Origin: Laetmonice hystrix
Taxonomy: Eukaryota
DNA: 64,000 nucleotides
NCBI GenBank assembly: GCA_965235115.1
Contig: OZ249436.1
Coordinates: 30,630,001-30,694,000 of the forward strand
Direction of reading: 5' to 3'
This document shows, one piece after another, positions 12,819-27,800 of the stretch. The notes under the pieces were generated by a model. That model did not search any database, was not told the origin of the DNA, and was given only the letters and a program-made list of their open reading frames with translations. Every line of letters begins with the position of its first letter. Position 1 is the stretch's first letter. The position numbers and the translations under genes are program-made.

Positions 12819-15800
12819 CTCCTCTTCCCCGAATTCTAAGCCTGCAGCAAGTCTTAAAGAGGGGCTGCAGCCAATACGAATGGTGACCAATAGAAGTCAT
12901 CCCTGGCCCTGGCAGTAATAAAGGTGGCCAACGGAACAGTTTAGCCCTCCACATGATCACACCCATGCAAGAACGGTCTGGATGCTACCATAGAGTTGGA
13001 GCACCCCATGAGCATTGCGGCTTCATGTTAAAAGAAAGCATTTTAAATGCGAAATATGTTTCAGTATCTTTACCTAAATTGCCATACCGCCCCCTTTTTT
13101 TTTATAGATTTCGTAGTAAACATACTCGATCGCTTGATGAAGCCCTTTATCTCAGATCATGAAATAAAATTATTAGTGCATACACATGGAAATACATTAT
13201 GTACACTTTTTGTTCTTCTACTCAGGAAGCCTATTCCCTCATACAGCAATGTGGTGACAATTGCTTTTCACTCCGATTCTACAATACAACTCCGTGGCTT
13301 TCACCTTACCTACACAGAGGATAGTATGTACAAAGTTTGAGTCTGAGAACCGGTTTTCAGAATTAGTTGTCGAAGTTTTAATTATCGTAATTATACAGGA
13401 AGGAATCACACCCTGTCGCCTTGGCGTTATTGCAGAGTGTGGTCGTGGCTCTGGGTCGTCAGGTTGTGGCACAGGGCGCCACCTTGAGGCATCATGTGGA
13501 ACCGTTGAGGTTTTGTCCGGGCCAGTGGATGGGGAGACGGCTTGTTACTGGGAGATAGTTCTTCCTGCTAACCACATCGTCAATCTAACTTTTACAGAGT
13601 TCTGGATTGAAGATACAGGTAAGAATCTCCAAGACACTTGTCCAAGGCAACACAGGTAGATCTATATTGGCCAGAAACCTTGGTATAAATGGAATATGCC
13701 TAGCAGAAACTCTTCGAGTTATACGGCCCTCATTCCATTGATATTGTTCTAGACATTGGTTGTCAGAACGGGTCGTTGACGGTTCATGACGGTGGTAGTG
13801 AGGAGGCTATGGTGATTGAGCGATACTGTGGCCGACGGTTCCCATGGTCTCTCACCTCGTCAGGACCCACCCTGTACATCGTGCTGACCGGCCTGGACTG
13901 GCAGCTAGGGCAACACGTCATCAAGATGGAATATCAGTCAATTGGTAGGTGATCTAGGCTAGGTTCTTAAAGTGCTACAGACATCACATTATCTTAGGCA
14001 CCTTTGCTGATCTAGATAGATCACTGTGAGTTGTATACGTGTCCGGGATAGGTATTTCTGATCAATTCTCAGAAAGTAACATTTGAACAATTTGAATCAC
14101 GCCCTGCCCGTGATGACGTCAGCGGGCTCTGGAGGGCAGGCGGCTGGCAGACAGAGGCTGGGAGAATTGGTCACTTTGATCACGGATTACAGACAGTTCC
14201 CGTTGTTGTACAACAACCGTTCCTTTACAGAACAACGACAAATTACAAGTATTATCGGGATCTGGTACAAAATGTCATGTTAATTCTGATGTCTGTACCA
14301 CTTTAAGAACTTGAGATTTTGGTTAAGCATCAACTCGTTGCATCAGAACAGCCAATTAGAAGCGTTAAGCCTGAGCTGAAACAGTATCTTAAGTTCTTAA
14401 GAACTGGGTGCAGATAATCAAACCAACCTTGCATTTAATGACCCAGGCATATTCATAATGGCCTTGCATTAAAAATTACTTCATATATCCAGATTCCAGC
14501 GAGGTGAAGATAACAAGGCCGCAAACCGTAGTTGAAGGTCACCTGGGTGCATTTTCCTCACAGACGGCACCAGTTTACTTGGAGACGTCCACTCAGTTAG
14601 TTTACAGGTGGCTGGTTCGAGTTCCCGTAGGCGATTTTGTCACTTTACAGTGGAAATCCATTGTACAAGAGGGATCCAGCCTTCAGGTATGTACGGAAAG
14701 TCGATGTTTCACATCTCACATTGCGACATCGTTAGGCTGCTCTAATAGCCAGGTTAAAAAAACATTTTATACTTGTGGCAACTCTCAAAATGAAACCATT
14801 CATAGAAAGGCTCAATGATGACTGAATTGAAAACTGTAGGGGTGAAAATATAGTGGGTCAACGTTGCTCCAGCGGTGGTTTCCCTTATTGCAGGTGTTTG
14901 ACGGTTGCTGTGAGGAGTCAGTACCGTTGGTAGCCGTACTCCTCAACACCAGGGATAGGGACGGCGTCGTTCAAGGCTCCAGTTTCCAGGTTCTCGTTCT
15001 CGTCACCAGACAGAAGGTCGATGTCAACTTTCTGTTTAACGCCACATATGTTTCCAGAGGTTAGCATCTGCCTGGAGAGGAGCGTGATCCCTTCTTTCCG
15101 CCAACAATCGCTGAGTCTCATTGAGACCCACGGTCATCGGTTACATTGGGAAAGCCGTAGTACGGTTGCCGAAAAGTACAAGCTCCTTACGCTGGCGGAT
15201 TTTACGCCTACGCTAAACATTGCTCTGCTTAGCTCGCTAGTATGTTTACTGAATAGTAGTCGTGGTTGATTTCTCCACTAACCTGCAAACTTCGCTTACT
15301 TTTCGGTCACCGTAGCTTATGGACTGCTACCAAATGATTTGAAGCCTGTGGTAACGTACGTACCCCCAGCCCCAAGTATGCCTAGTTTGAAGTTGCGCAA
15401 AATACCAAAGTACAGAACAGGCGAGAAAGATTTCTGGCCATTGGAACCATTGCATGCCTTTGAAGGTTCTCAATTGTGCTGTATCCATGAATGAACCTTA
15501 GATCCCAAACAAGAGTTTATGATTTCTATTATGCCCGGATACTTCTAACCCCTACCCCACCACACAATTAGACACGGACAATTGGACCATTACTTATATT
15601 GCCGGTTTTTAAGGTTGGACATCGGAGTTATCGGGCTGCTATCGGCCGCTGTATACATCGCGTGTTGACAGTGCTGCCACAGAGAACAGTTTGGTGTCAC
15701 CCACGCGCCCCCTGGTGATCAAGGCTACAAAGGATTCACATGGCGCCATCGAGTCGGGATATCAGCCTGGTATGGAAAAGGTGCCATAATTATGGCATAA

Positions 15801-18787
15801 TCACTTAAGACACAGGAGCCAGGGGGGTGAAGGGGGCCTTGCCCAACCCAAACTTACATACCGTATATAGTATGTATTTAGCTTGGCTGCCGGATCCCCC
15901 CCCCCAAGGTTGACGCAATTTTCGTCCCCCCCCCCCCCCCAAGGTTGACGCAATTTTCGTCACGCTGGACTATCGCTGACATTCCAGACTAACCAACATC
16001 ATTCGTGAAAACGAACCGTCCGACGAACATTACAGAGGTGTAGGAAGGGGAAAAAATACTCCCTGTTATTTTATAAATAGCTTGGTTGTTTTGTTATTTG
16101 TTGTGTTTCCAGGCACGTATTGTAAGTGGACGATGCGAGGAGAGCCCGGCTCATCGCTCGTGTTGGTCTTCTCCGAACTCGTCCTTCCCCGACACGGCAC
16201 GACCTGTGACGCCGACGGTGTCGTCGTGTACGGCGCATCGGGCTCTGGGCCCAACAACAACAACAAATATGGTACGGCGGGGCGCAACAGCACCGGAAGC
16301 AAATTTTAATTGAGGGGGGGGGGGGTCATGGTTTCAACACAGATTAGGCCTATCTGTCTTAACAAGCATAGACTCTACATGCGGGATCTGGGCCCGGTTT
16401 CAGAAAGGTTAGCATGATCTTAACTTTAGCTCTGCTTAGCCTTTTAGAAACCCTGATTGGCTGGTTGAAGCTGAGCAGCAGAAGACCAGCCAATCAGGGG
16501 TCCTAAAAGGCTAAGCAGAGCTTAAGTTAAGATCATGCTAACCTTTCTGAAACCGGGCCCAGGAAGCTCTTGTGCCAAAATATATACTTTTGTTACATTA
16601 TTATTATACTTTTATTGCATTATTATATATTTTTGTTACATTATTATATAGGCCTATTTCTGTTACATTATTATATATTTTTGTTACATTATTATATTGT
16701 TTTGTTACATTATAATATATTTTCGTTACATTATAATATATTTTCGTTATATTATTACATATTTTTGTTACATTATAATATATTTTCGTTATATTATTAC
16801 ATATTTTTGTTACATTATTACATATTTTTGTTACATTATTATATATTTTTGTTACATTATTTAGCCCCTACTCCTCGAATCAGACAGACCCTGATAGTCC
16901 CTCACATAGTATGACCCTGAATATAAATGCCTGCACATGCATTTAAGCAATTATAAGTTATCAGTAGTTGTTTATTATTATGTCATATGCAGACCCAGAG
17001 TCTACAAACTATAATATATTAGACAGGTTCTGCCCTATGTATCTCTCTAAATCTGCAGGTCCTTTTTGTGGCTCGTCGAAGGAGGTCCAGTCGACCAGAA
17101 TTAATCTCAATACTGACATGGTGACAGTGGTGCTGTACGCTGACAGTCAGGGTCAGGTCCGGGAAGATGCTGTATTCCGGGCTCTCGTCATGATAGACGG
17201 TTGGTATCATCCCTGAATAACCTAGAACATAATGCCATCAATGGGCCTGTAGAGATACTACTATAATAGAGTCCTAATGAGTAGGCCTTCAACTTAAAGG
17301 CATAATGCCATAAGCAATGCTTCTCCGGCCATGGCATAGGAGTCCAAAGCCAAGGTAGGGAGGTAAGGATGTAAACTGAAGATAATGTTTGGGCATTAAG
17401 ATTGGTTGCTTATATTACAACCAACCAATCAAAAGGCAAAGGCCTAACCACAACCTTGTGAGGCTTATAAATTGATACTCTAGCCTATGTACCTAGTATT
17501 AGGTTCTAAAGTGGACCCAGAAATTATACCGTGGACGACATTGTCCTAGGTCCCTTCCTGGGTTGAAATTAACCTACTTCCGCTGAGTGTCAGAGGACCA
17601 ATTCATTCACGTTAAATCCTCTTGCCTTTTACCAAAAAATCTCCCTACAGCCTCACTGATCCTACTCTGACCAGCTCTGAAATTACAATGATTATGTGGT
17701 TTTGGGGTTGACAGAACAATCTTCCTGTCGGTTGGATGAGATGAGTGTGGAACCGGTGACCGTGCGGATGACGTCAGAGTGTGGCGTCGTCTTGTCACCG
17801 GGCCTGCCGGCAGAGGTCAGGCCGGGCCTCTGGACATGGATGATAGCGCCACCTGTCGGGCATTATTTCAAGGTGTTGCTCTCGTACGTTCAAGGCCCTG
17901 CCATACGCGGGGAATGTTCGTCCTTCTTGCGACGTAAGAAACTCAACCTATCAGTACCTTCTTGACGGGCCGAATTCATAATTACCTGTAGGCCTATATC
18001 TTTCAAAATGTCTGTAAATGATAAAGTCTTTCATCCTAACGTTCCTTGACCCCAATAATATGCTACACACAGGTGGCAGGCCTTTAAAGAGAGATCGAGT
18101 TCTCATTACTGCTTTCATCCTATTATTATATATTATACTTTTCTTACTACAGTGCTGGAAACAGGGAAAAGTTCAGGCAAATTCCGGCACTGGGAAGCAG
18201 ACGTCTTGAAGATATGCCAAGATGCATCTCTGTTCTTGCCAGAAGCATCTATCAATGTACGGTAACTAATATGCAAATTCAAAAAAAGAGTTCGACATCC
18301 TGACTTTTATAATAACTTGTACTTTTAATTTTTGCCTGAATTTAGTCCGAGATATTATGCGCATGCTGTCTGCCAATGTCACTCAATGGGATGTCAAATG
18401 ATAGTCCGTATGGAATGCATGTTCCATACGGACTGATTCATGCGCCAGGCATCTCGTCCCATACTTTTGCACCCTGCAGGACCCTCATCCCGTTACGTGT
18501 TTGTTATTACGAACGTTAATTTGTCCGTATTTTTTCAGTTACCTTATGAACAAAAGCTTGGCGTTGAGTTATCAACGGTGGCCGGGAACCGACCACAGCG
18601 ATGGGAATTCAAACTATCATATTCCTCAGAAAAAATGCATGTCCCAAAAATGTTTGGTAAGATACATGATCAACATTTGGTTTTTAATAGTATTTATTAT
18701 GCCTATCATTTTGATTTCAAATATTTATCATGACTCGTTTCACGATTTTCAGAAGGAACATTGTCATAGTCATCGCGTTTTCTCTTC

Positions 18788-18851
<64 letters not shown>

Positions 18852-21800
18852 AAAAACATTTTTCGTACGGGCCTATCAATATTGGAGATTTGTACAGTAG
18901 GCTATATGCCTCCATGGTCTCCTTCATTGAGACAACTGTAAAGTACATACAATATTTTACAATTACTTTTACTACACATCACCGTCATGATCAAATCACA
19001 ATATAAATTTACGAATTTCTCCAGACGAACGTGGTCGTTGCGGTGAAGATTACGTCTACTATGGCGGCCACTGCTACCGTTACTTTAGCTGGTACCTTAG
19101 ACAAGTCCAGCCCCGTCAACACAAGTACCTAGAGACCTGGCAAAGTGCACGTGACCAATGTCATGCGCAGAACGCTTCTATGTTGAGCATCATGGATGAA
19201 AAAGAGGCGTATTTTGTCAAGGTTAATATGGCCCTGTTCTAGTTATACCCACGTTGTGTTAAATTATGCCACATTATAACTGTTCACATATTTCATGACA
19301 TAGCATGTGCATTGTCCCTCATGCACGTAAACAGTCAAATCTAGGCCTACTCCTCAATGCGACAAAATGATAACGTTTTTGGTTTTTAGTACGCGCTGAG
19401 CACTCGATGGCTGTGGGACCAAGCGGGGACCTGGCAGACAAACCATCGGTTGATCTACCTCGGCCTGCACAACATTTATGGGCCTTACGTGTGGGACAAC
19501 GGAGCCAACATGGCGTAAGAGAAGATGTCTTCTATCAATATAGCTATATGGGTTGACAACAGTTTAGAACTTTCTTGAAGTGTCCTAAGAACGCAATTGA
19601 ATTGGCGAATACTTAATTGGGTTGCCAAAGATTGTGTCTGAGTTAAGCTATAGTAGGTCTAGAGTCACATTTCAATGGGGATCACGGGTCATAGAATCAC
19701 ATGACCTCAGTCTTGACGTAATGGCTACGTCCACCACGAGGTCGATGACTAGAGGCCTACTCCACGCAAACTAACTTGTCCTCTGTTCTAACCTCAGCTA
19801 CACCGACTGGTACCGACCCATGAAACCATGGCAACAGCCCGTAGTTCACCCGGATACACTTGTGACGCACCTGCTGCACCTGCGCAGTGGTCAGCCGAGT
19901 GCCGACCTGGGCAGTCTATGTGTGGTGATGCTTGCCACGTCTCCACACGGCTCTCTAAACTGGGCCAAGGTACCATGTGATTACCCCCTGCACAGGGCCT
20001 CTCTCATCTGTAAAAAACCAGCGGCTACGTCAGGTAAATGAAAGATTCAATTGGCAGGGGTATTGTACTGATTAGAGGGTTATGATCAACAACTTTTAGG
20101 CTAATTATGCTCGACTCTTGTGGGAATTGCTACTGTTGTATTTGTATCATTGTTTGTTTGTCCTTAAATCCCGGCTACTTCATCAAGATTAGACTTCATA
20201 AAGGACATTATGTAGAGTATGATTGACCCAGTCTGGAATTACTAACCCACTTTTTGTAATCTTGTCCGAATTGCAGCGACAAACATTGCAGTCCAAAACG
20301 TCGAAGACCTATCGAAGCCATATCAAAGTCAGTAAGCCGATGGTGAAAGCTGAGTTTATTTTGGTCGTCATGAACCAAGAATTGCTAGAGCTTCGCTTTT
20401 TAGGAATTCACAGGAATTTTCATTACTGTGTCCAAAAGAGGAGGAGAATAAAAGGACGTTAGATCCCTTTCGAGATAATAAAAGAAATAAACTAAAAGAT
20501 AATTATGCATATAGGTTGCTTAATTGGATTTACATTTTGCAATTTGGTAACGTAAATTTGATAACGGTGAGAAATGAATGACATTGTCCTCCTCCTAGCG
20601 TGCCCCAATGGCTGGATCAAGTACAGTGATCATTGCGTCCAGTTACATACTAATTACAAGCGGGTCATTGCCCGGCATGAGGGTCAGAAGGTCAAGGACA
20701 TCACCCAGGATGAGGCTGAGGGCATCTGTCGACGTCACGGCGGACAGCTCGAGTCGTTACCCCGCCAGGTGCCGCCACTGTTGGTCGATCTCATGTATCT
20801 GTGGCGTAGCGATGAAACGATGGGACACATTAGAATAGCACAGAACGGAACGGTTTGTCGGCTCCTAAAGGTAGGCCTAAATAATAATTTTGCAGTCCGA
20901 TAAAACAGAATAATATGATCCGATATGGGATAATATTATTATAAGATTAATTATAACCATTTTTTGTCTTCAGCAATATACAATAACCAATGTCTGCCAA
21001 CTCCATATCGAGGTTACCAACATTTTACCACGTAGGTCTAGCTTTGCTTATAATGATAAAATCTTTGTGTTTTCAATCTGACCCTTACGATACCCTATGT
21101 GTTACCCTACAGGTATTTCGAGTCGATGATTCAGAGAACACTGCGGCCCACAGAATTGATGATACACCATGTCAGACGACGGATCAGTATGGGATATACA
21201 GTGTTCTGTGTAGAACCCAAACAATAGGTAGGCCTAATTGTGCAGTTTTATTACCTGTGATATAATGTGGATCATAATGTTCCTGTATCCGTATCACATC
21301 CTTTAGTGTAATCCCAATCTACTACGGTAAGATTATTTCCATGCGATTCCATGACCCGTAATAGATCATTAGAAATGTGACTTTTTTCTCTCTTTTTTGC
21401 CAACCTTTACTTATAAACGCGTGGAAGAAAAGACAACTTTTCTACTTTTTTTGCCACTTGATTCCTTCTGTGAATATTAATGAATATTTTACTTTCCCCC
21501 TTTAAAACAAAGTGACAAAACAGTCTTGTGGAGATTCTGAATTCAAGTGTGAGGACAACTCTTGCATTGGGGTGGATTTCGTATGCGATGGTAGGAAGGA
21601 CTGTCCAAACAACACTGATGAACGTAACTGCAGTAAGTATTTAATAATGTAAAAACTGCATGCGTTACTTCAGAAGACAATTAAGAAATATAATAAAACA
21701 TGAGAGGTCGGAGTTGTGTAGTTCTATGGCTGGTACATATTTGATGTTTTAAGGTTGTGGAGATGGCATGTTCCGCTGTTCGACCGGGCGCTGTATATCC

Positions 21801-24800
21801 ATGTCCCTTTACTGTGATTTCACCGACAACTGCGGGGACAACTCGGACGAGCGGGCCTGTGGTACGTTAGCAAGCTTCACCTGTCAGGCAGGCCTAAACT
21901 ATGAGAAAGACATTTTGTATACGAAATGCAGCTGTACAGTGGTGTGGCTGCGCAGACATCTGCCAATATTTACAGTAAACATACTGCGTGAGTCATATCT
22001 TTTATGACAATATGCTTTTCTTCTCATCAATGCCATGCCCCAAAATACAGATTGTTTGGGTAATATTTGAAGGGCGTATCAAATCATCTGTACTGATATT
22101 ATGTATAAATTGCAGTAGATAATTGCGTACAGTTCTGCTTCCCTTTAAATGCTAGTTGCCGAGAAGTGCCGACCAGATGAGTTTCAGTGTGACAGCGGTC
22201 AGTGCATTGAGATCGGAATGGCGTGTGACTTTAGGAAAGACTGCAAAGATGGTTCGGACGAGAATCCAGAAACATGTGGTGATATAGCTTTAGATATATA
22301 ACATAAATAGTATTGGTATAATATTAAGTTGCGTGCGGTTTGACTTTAGTGAACAAACGATTTGTAGTTTTTAGTTGAACCGTTCTCCCACATTTACTGC
22401 GTGACTTGTGCTCGATTTTTGCTCCCTCTTCCAAATGAGATTATAAAGTACAAAACAACAGCTTAACTTAATTCCTAAGCCAAAGTTAGAATGATCTCAG
22501 AACCCCAGAGTTCCCTCACTCTCATGGTTTATCGTTGTCTCTCGCCGACCTCCAGAGGGTCAGTGTAAAGGTTTTCAATGCTACTCGGGGCTGTGTGTCC
22601 GGTCTGACCTGAGGCGGGATATTGTGTCTGACTGCCCGGGGCTAGCGCTTGAGGACGAGGCCGAGGATCGCCAAGGTGAGCATTCACGGTCAGATGGTGG
22701 GTCGTATTGAGCAGTGAGGAGTCATGAGAAGAAAAGAGGACTCCAAAAGATGCCAGGGTGCCATGTAGCTCTGCTTGACGACCGGAGATCTATGGAGAAG
22801 CGACGAGATGTATTTTTCACAACTTTAACACATATTAAATATCAAGCAACCCACCCCTAACAATTCCCTTTATTCTACACCTCTTAAATAAATGTGTTCC
22901 ATCTGGTGTGATGCAGACTTGGAGACGATGCGACCAAACACTGGAGTAGTCGAGGACACAGTAGTTACCAACGACACGGTCTATGTTGGCTGTAGTGAAG
23001 GGTGGGACTTCTCACAGTGCCGACCTAATCACCCGAAGTGCTTCCGGAGATCTCAGACCTGCGTCTTTGACCGAGTTCTGGTTGACGCCGGTAGGGGGAC
23101 TGAGGTCCAGTCGGGATGCCGAGATGGATCACACCTGAGGAATACATGCGGTATATATACCGGTGTCTCCTATAAGTGTTCAAGTGGTTATTATAAAGTG
23201 TTCAAGTGGGTTTATGCCTGAAAGGCATTGACATTATAATGGAGGTATAGGTAATACTGAACGGCAAAAAAGGGGGCCTGAATTTAACATCGAAAGGATT
23301 ACGGTTTGGGGGCCGCCGACTAGTCTCGGTTTCCATATCCTTATAATGTACCCAGAAAAGACAGTTTCAAATCACTGGTTTCAGGATCGTTTGAGTGTCC
23401 CGGCATGTTTCACTGTCCGGGCTCTTACTGTGTACCTTACAACCGTGTGTGTGACGGTGTCAACGACTGTCCGTACGGTCGCGATGAACATGCCGGTTGT
23501 CGCAACAATTTCTGTCCAGGTATTTATGGGTTCATCTTTTGACTCGGTGTGCAAGAGACACAATGAAAGAAAAATGCCAACCTTATCTAACAAAGTTGTA
23601 GATACATTATGTATAGGAGGAGGGCATTTATTGCAGGAATGATGCGCTGTAAAGGTCATCTTCATTGTTTACCGCGGGACAAGGTGTGCGATGGCGAAGT
23701 GCACTGCTCGAACTTTGGGGAGGACGAAAAGTATTGTACGAATCAAGGTATAGAAAAATAGGGAGTAAAATTGGTAATGTTAACACTAATGTAGCATGAA
23801 CTGATAATTTTATCAAATGGAATGATATAGAAACCTTTTATGACCTCTGTCTTTTATATATACATGTACATGTATATCCCAATATGCACAAGAGTTCTCT
23901 TTTCTTATGTATACTAATAACGGAAGCTTTATTTTCATTTCTTTTTCAAAGACATAATATGCGGGACCCAGTGTCCATGCGTTGGTAATGTAGCGACCTG
24001 TAGTAATAGGAATATCACAGCTCTGGCCGGGCCAGATTCAGCAAGGACAAGACAACTGCGTGCCATTCTTCTACCCCACAATAACGTGAACATCCTAAAC
24101 GACACTTTCCAAGGTCTACACTGGCTGGGAATTCTTGATTTGAGTTTCAATTCAATAGAAAGGCTGGAGGCAGACGTGTTTAGTGACCTTCAAAATCTTT
24201 TTGATCTGGACTTGAGTCACAATAAGCTCCTGTACGTTGACTCGCGGGTATTACATGGCCTCGTTTCGTTACGCTGGCTTGACCTAACCCATAACCACCT
24301 CGCCCACGTGGACCGTGATACGTTTTCTCCCCTCTCGTCACTCTTACATCTCGTCCTGAACGAGAACCCACTTGATTACGTCACGCAGGACGCGTTCTCC
24401 AGCTTAAAGTCCCTCAGGGAGTTGAATACGGATGCATTCAAGTTCTGCTGCATCGCCAAACAGGTAGAGGTGTGCACCCCTGACGCCGACGAATTCTCTT
24501 CCTGTGAGGACTTGATGGCCAATTTCCCACTCCAAGTCAGTATTTGGATCCTTGGCATGTGTGCCTTTGTGGGAAACTTGTTCGTTGTCATTTGGAGGAC
24601 TCTATCGGAACGTTCGAAAGTCTCGTCGTTCTTCATAATAAACCTTGGAATGGCCGATTTCCTTATGGGGATCTACTTGCTGATTATAGCGTGTGTGGAC
24701 GTGTATTACAGAGGGGAGTACATCGTTCATTCCGACAGGTGGCGCGCGAGTGGTCTGTGTCAGTTGGGGGGCATTCTGGCCATGCTGTCCAGCGAGGTTT

Positions 24801-27800
24801 CTGTCTTCACTTTGTGCGCCATCACTGGAGATAGGCTTTTCACCATCCTGTTCCCGTTTAAGGCAGGGAGCTTCAGGATCAAACAAGCCCGCATGATGGC
24901 AGTCGGAATATGGCTAACGGGCTTCTTTCTCAGCATCCTTCCCACCATGGACGTGACGTACTTTGGAAATGCCTTCTTTGGACGCACAGGCATGTAAAAC
25001 ATTATCTTAACCAAAATTTATATGTTTTTAGTTCGGATAGTAATAAAGTTCGACATTTTTTGTTTCATTTTTGAAGGTGTGTGCTTACCGTTCCATCTAA
25101 GCAAAGAACGACTCCCTGGCTGGGAATATTCCGTCTTCGTTTTTCTGGTTCTGAATTTTGTGGCCTTTCTCTTTGTATTTGTTGGGTGAGTATCGATCAT
25201 TTCTTTTACGTAAAAAACTTATAAGTATGCAAAATAGCAAATACAATATTGCTGACATTTGCATCATTTATTATTTGATTATTTTTCAAAAGAAGAGCGT
25301 CAGATAAAAAAAGATTTGCGGGTAAATCATTGTCTACATGTGCAGCTCGAGATTGCCCTCGTATTATGTCCCTATATGTAACACAGAAAAAGTATCTTAC
25401 CAACTGTATGCTTTAATTCTATGAAGCGTTTATAGATTACAAAAATTATTGCAGTATATACCAATCAATTTACAGGTATGTGACAATATTCATGTCGGTG
25501 CGATCGTCCATACAAGACATGGCGGCCAAGTCCACTGCCACTATGGACGAGTATGCCCTGGCAAAAAAACTCTCAATTATCGTGGCGACCGACTTCATGT
25601 GCTGGGTAGCTATTCTTCTGTCTTGTATTGTCAAAATCAATGCAAGAAAAGTGCTGGGCCAAATGTCCTTTAATATCGTGTTGGATAAAGTACTGTAAAG
25701 TACTGTAAGCCTAACTTATTGAATACTGATAACAAAACATACACCAGTTTAACAAATAAATCACGTCTGAATTTATTTCGTACAGTATACAGTAATTAAT
25801 GTAGCCAACGTGATATTCACATGATTTTTGCGGATAATAACCCCCCCCCCCCCTGCGTTCTAACGAAACTTGCGTTCCTGTGAATGTATCCCGACAGGTA
25901 CCAATCATCTTGATCGGTTTTGCTGCCCTGGGTGGAGCATCCATCCCGCCACAGATGGCCGCCTGGGTGGCTGTGTTCATCCTCCCACTCAACTCAGCCG
26001 TAAATCCTATACTCTACACCCTGTCAGCAATCAACTGTAATAGGTGACTCAACTTCAATCATACTCAACTGATAATACTGCGTGCAGTCGCATGTAATAG
26101 TAGGTCCATACAGAGAAAGGGGTAATCATGTTTGACCTGTCATAAGGTACATTATATACAAATATTGTATAATAAAGCGGTAAGTACCACTAGTCACAAA
26201 GATTTTATCAGCTACCCCATGTTGGCTGACGTAGTACGAACACCTAGCCTTGGTCAGTCATTCCACATGAGGACGGAGCCCGAATGTGGTATGTCTAACC
26301 AAGGCTAGGTATAAATCCGTACTACGTAGGCCTAAAATCAAACATGGGGCAACGATTTTATCACAGTTCCAGTAGCTGTTGTTAAGAAATAGCTAATGAG
26401 AAATCCGTCCGAGGAGGGACATGAAACCACTAATGATCAAGACATTATACTGACACAAGGCAGGCCTACGACTGGCGCAACATCTCCGTCAGGGGGCGCG
26501 TCAGTCTGAGCTCGTGGTTTCAGTTCGTATTGCGGATGTAATCTCGTGTCACGGGCTACGAATCCATATAGCGGGCTCATGGACCAATCTGTTCAATTTT
26601 TTGGTCAGTTCTTCCTCAACAGAAGCTAAACTACGGGCTTGATCCAGGGTTGAAAGTCCCAGCATGGATATTTCCTGTGTATTACCAATCTCTCCCAGGG
26701 TTCACCGCGTGGTGAACCCTGGGAGAGATTGGTGTATTACATGTCTGACGTCACCAGAAGGGCCTGTATCACTGGACAGCCTCATTTTGAGGGACCAACC
26801 ACTGTGATGGATACAATCAGCGTGCAGAGTTCATGAGATGTAAACAAACATGTAAAACATTTCTGTGTAATTATGGGGTTATCAATTTATCACAGTTCCA
26901 GTAACAATGCCGCTTTCTGATTGGTCCAGGCCCACGCGATATGAAGCCGTACTCGGTGACATCGCACCAAACGGGTAGGATGGGCCATCCTATAGTAGTA
27001 GTCGTCGCGCCATCTGCCGGTCAAACAGGTCATTTTTCTATCCTACCGTTTTGGCTGCAGCGCCGATACTGTGACGTCACACTGTGCCTGTGGCCACAGT
27101 GTGACACCAACACTGCCATGCGATGGCAGCAAATGACTGCAAAACTTCAAAAAGGCGTTTTGCCGAATTTAATGACTACATCTAATCTAATGTGAGGACT
27201 GGAACTGTGATAAAATCGTTGCCCCATGTTTGCTTTTACGAAGTACGGAATATAACCTAGCCTTGGTTGGCCATACCACATTCGGGCTTCGCCCTCATGT
27301 GGTATGGCCAACCAAGGCTAGGTTATATTCCGTACTTCGTAAGCAAAAATGAGGTAACTGTTAATACCTACCTTCTTCAGATCCCTTCGGCTTCATGGGA
27401 TAGGGTAGGCTACCTAAAGGTATCGGTATATTTCCGTATTACGTTCTCAGACATGGGGTCACTAATAGTATTGCTTGGCAATCTCGTATCACGGGGTACG
27501 AGTCCATGTTGTGGGCAGATGGACCAATCAGAAACTAGCAGCTACTGGGACTGTGATAAGATCTCGTACAGGTGGTGAGGCAATACTTTTGTTTAGCTCA
27601 TTCTTTCGTTTTATTGCAAATTAGGACAGCCATTCGCAACATGTTACCTCTATTTGACGGGCAGGCCTACAGGATAACATAAAGCGGCAAAGTAATTAGT
27701 TTATAACATTTTTCGTTGTAGGCGCGGGAGACGAGGTGCAGCTTCTTCGATAGGTATGTCGACAAAGATGAGTGCTGTAAGTACGGTGGCTCGGAGGGAC

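Noticed and set aside
16570..16914. 114-aa ORF with LLHYYIF repeats
   Set aside because: Translation of an intronic 21-bp minisatellite.
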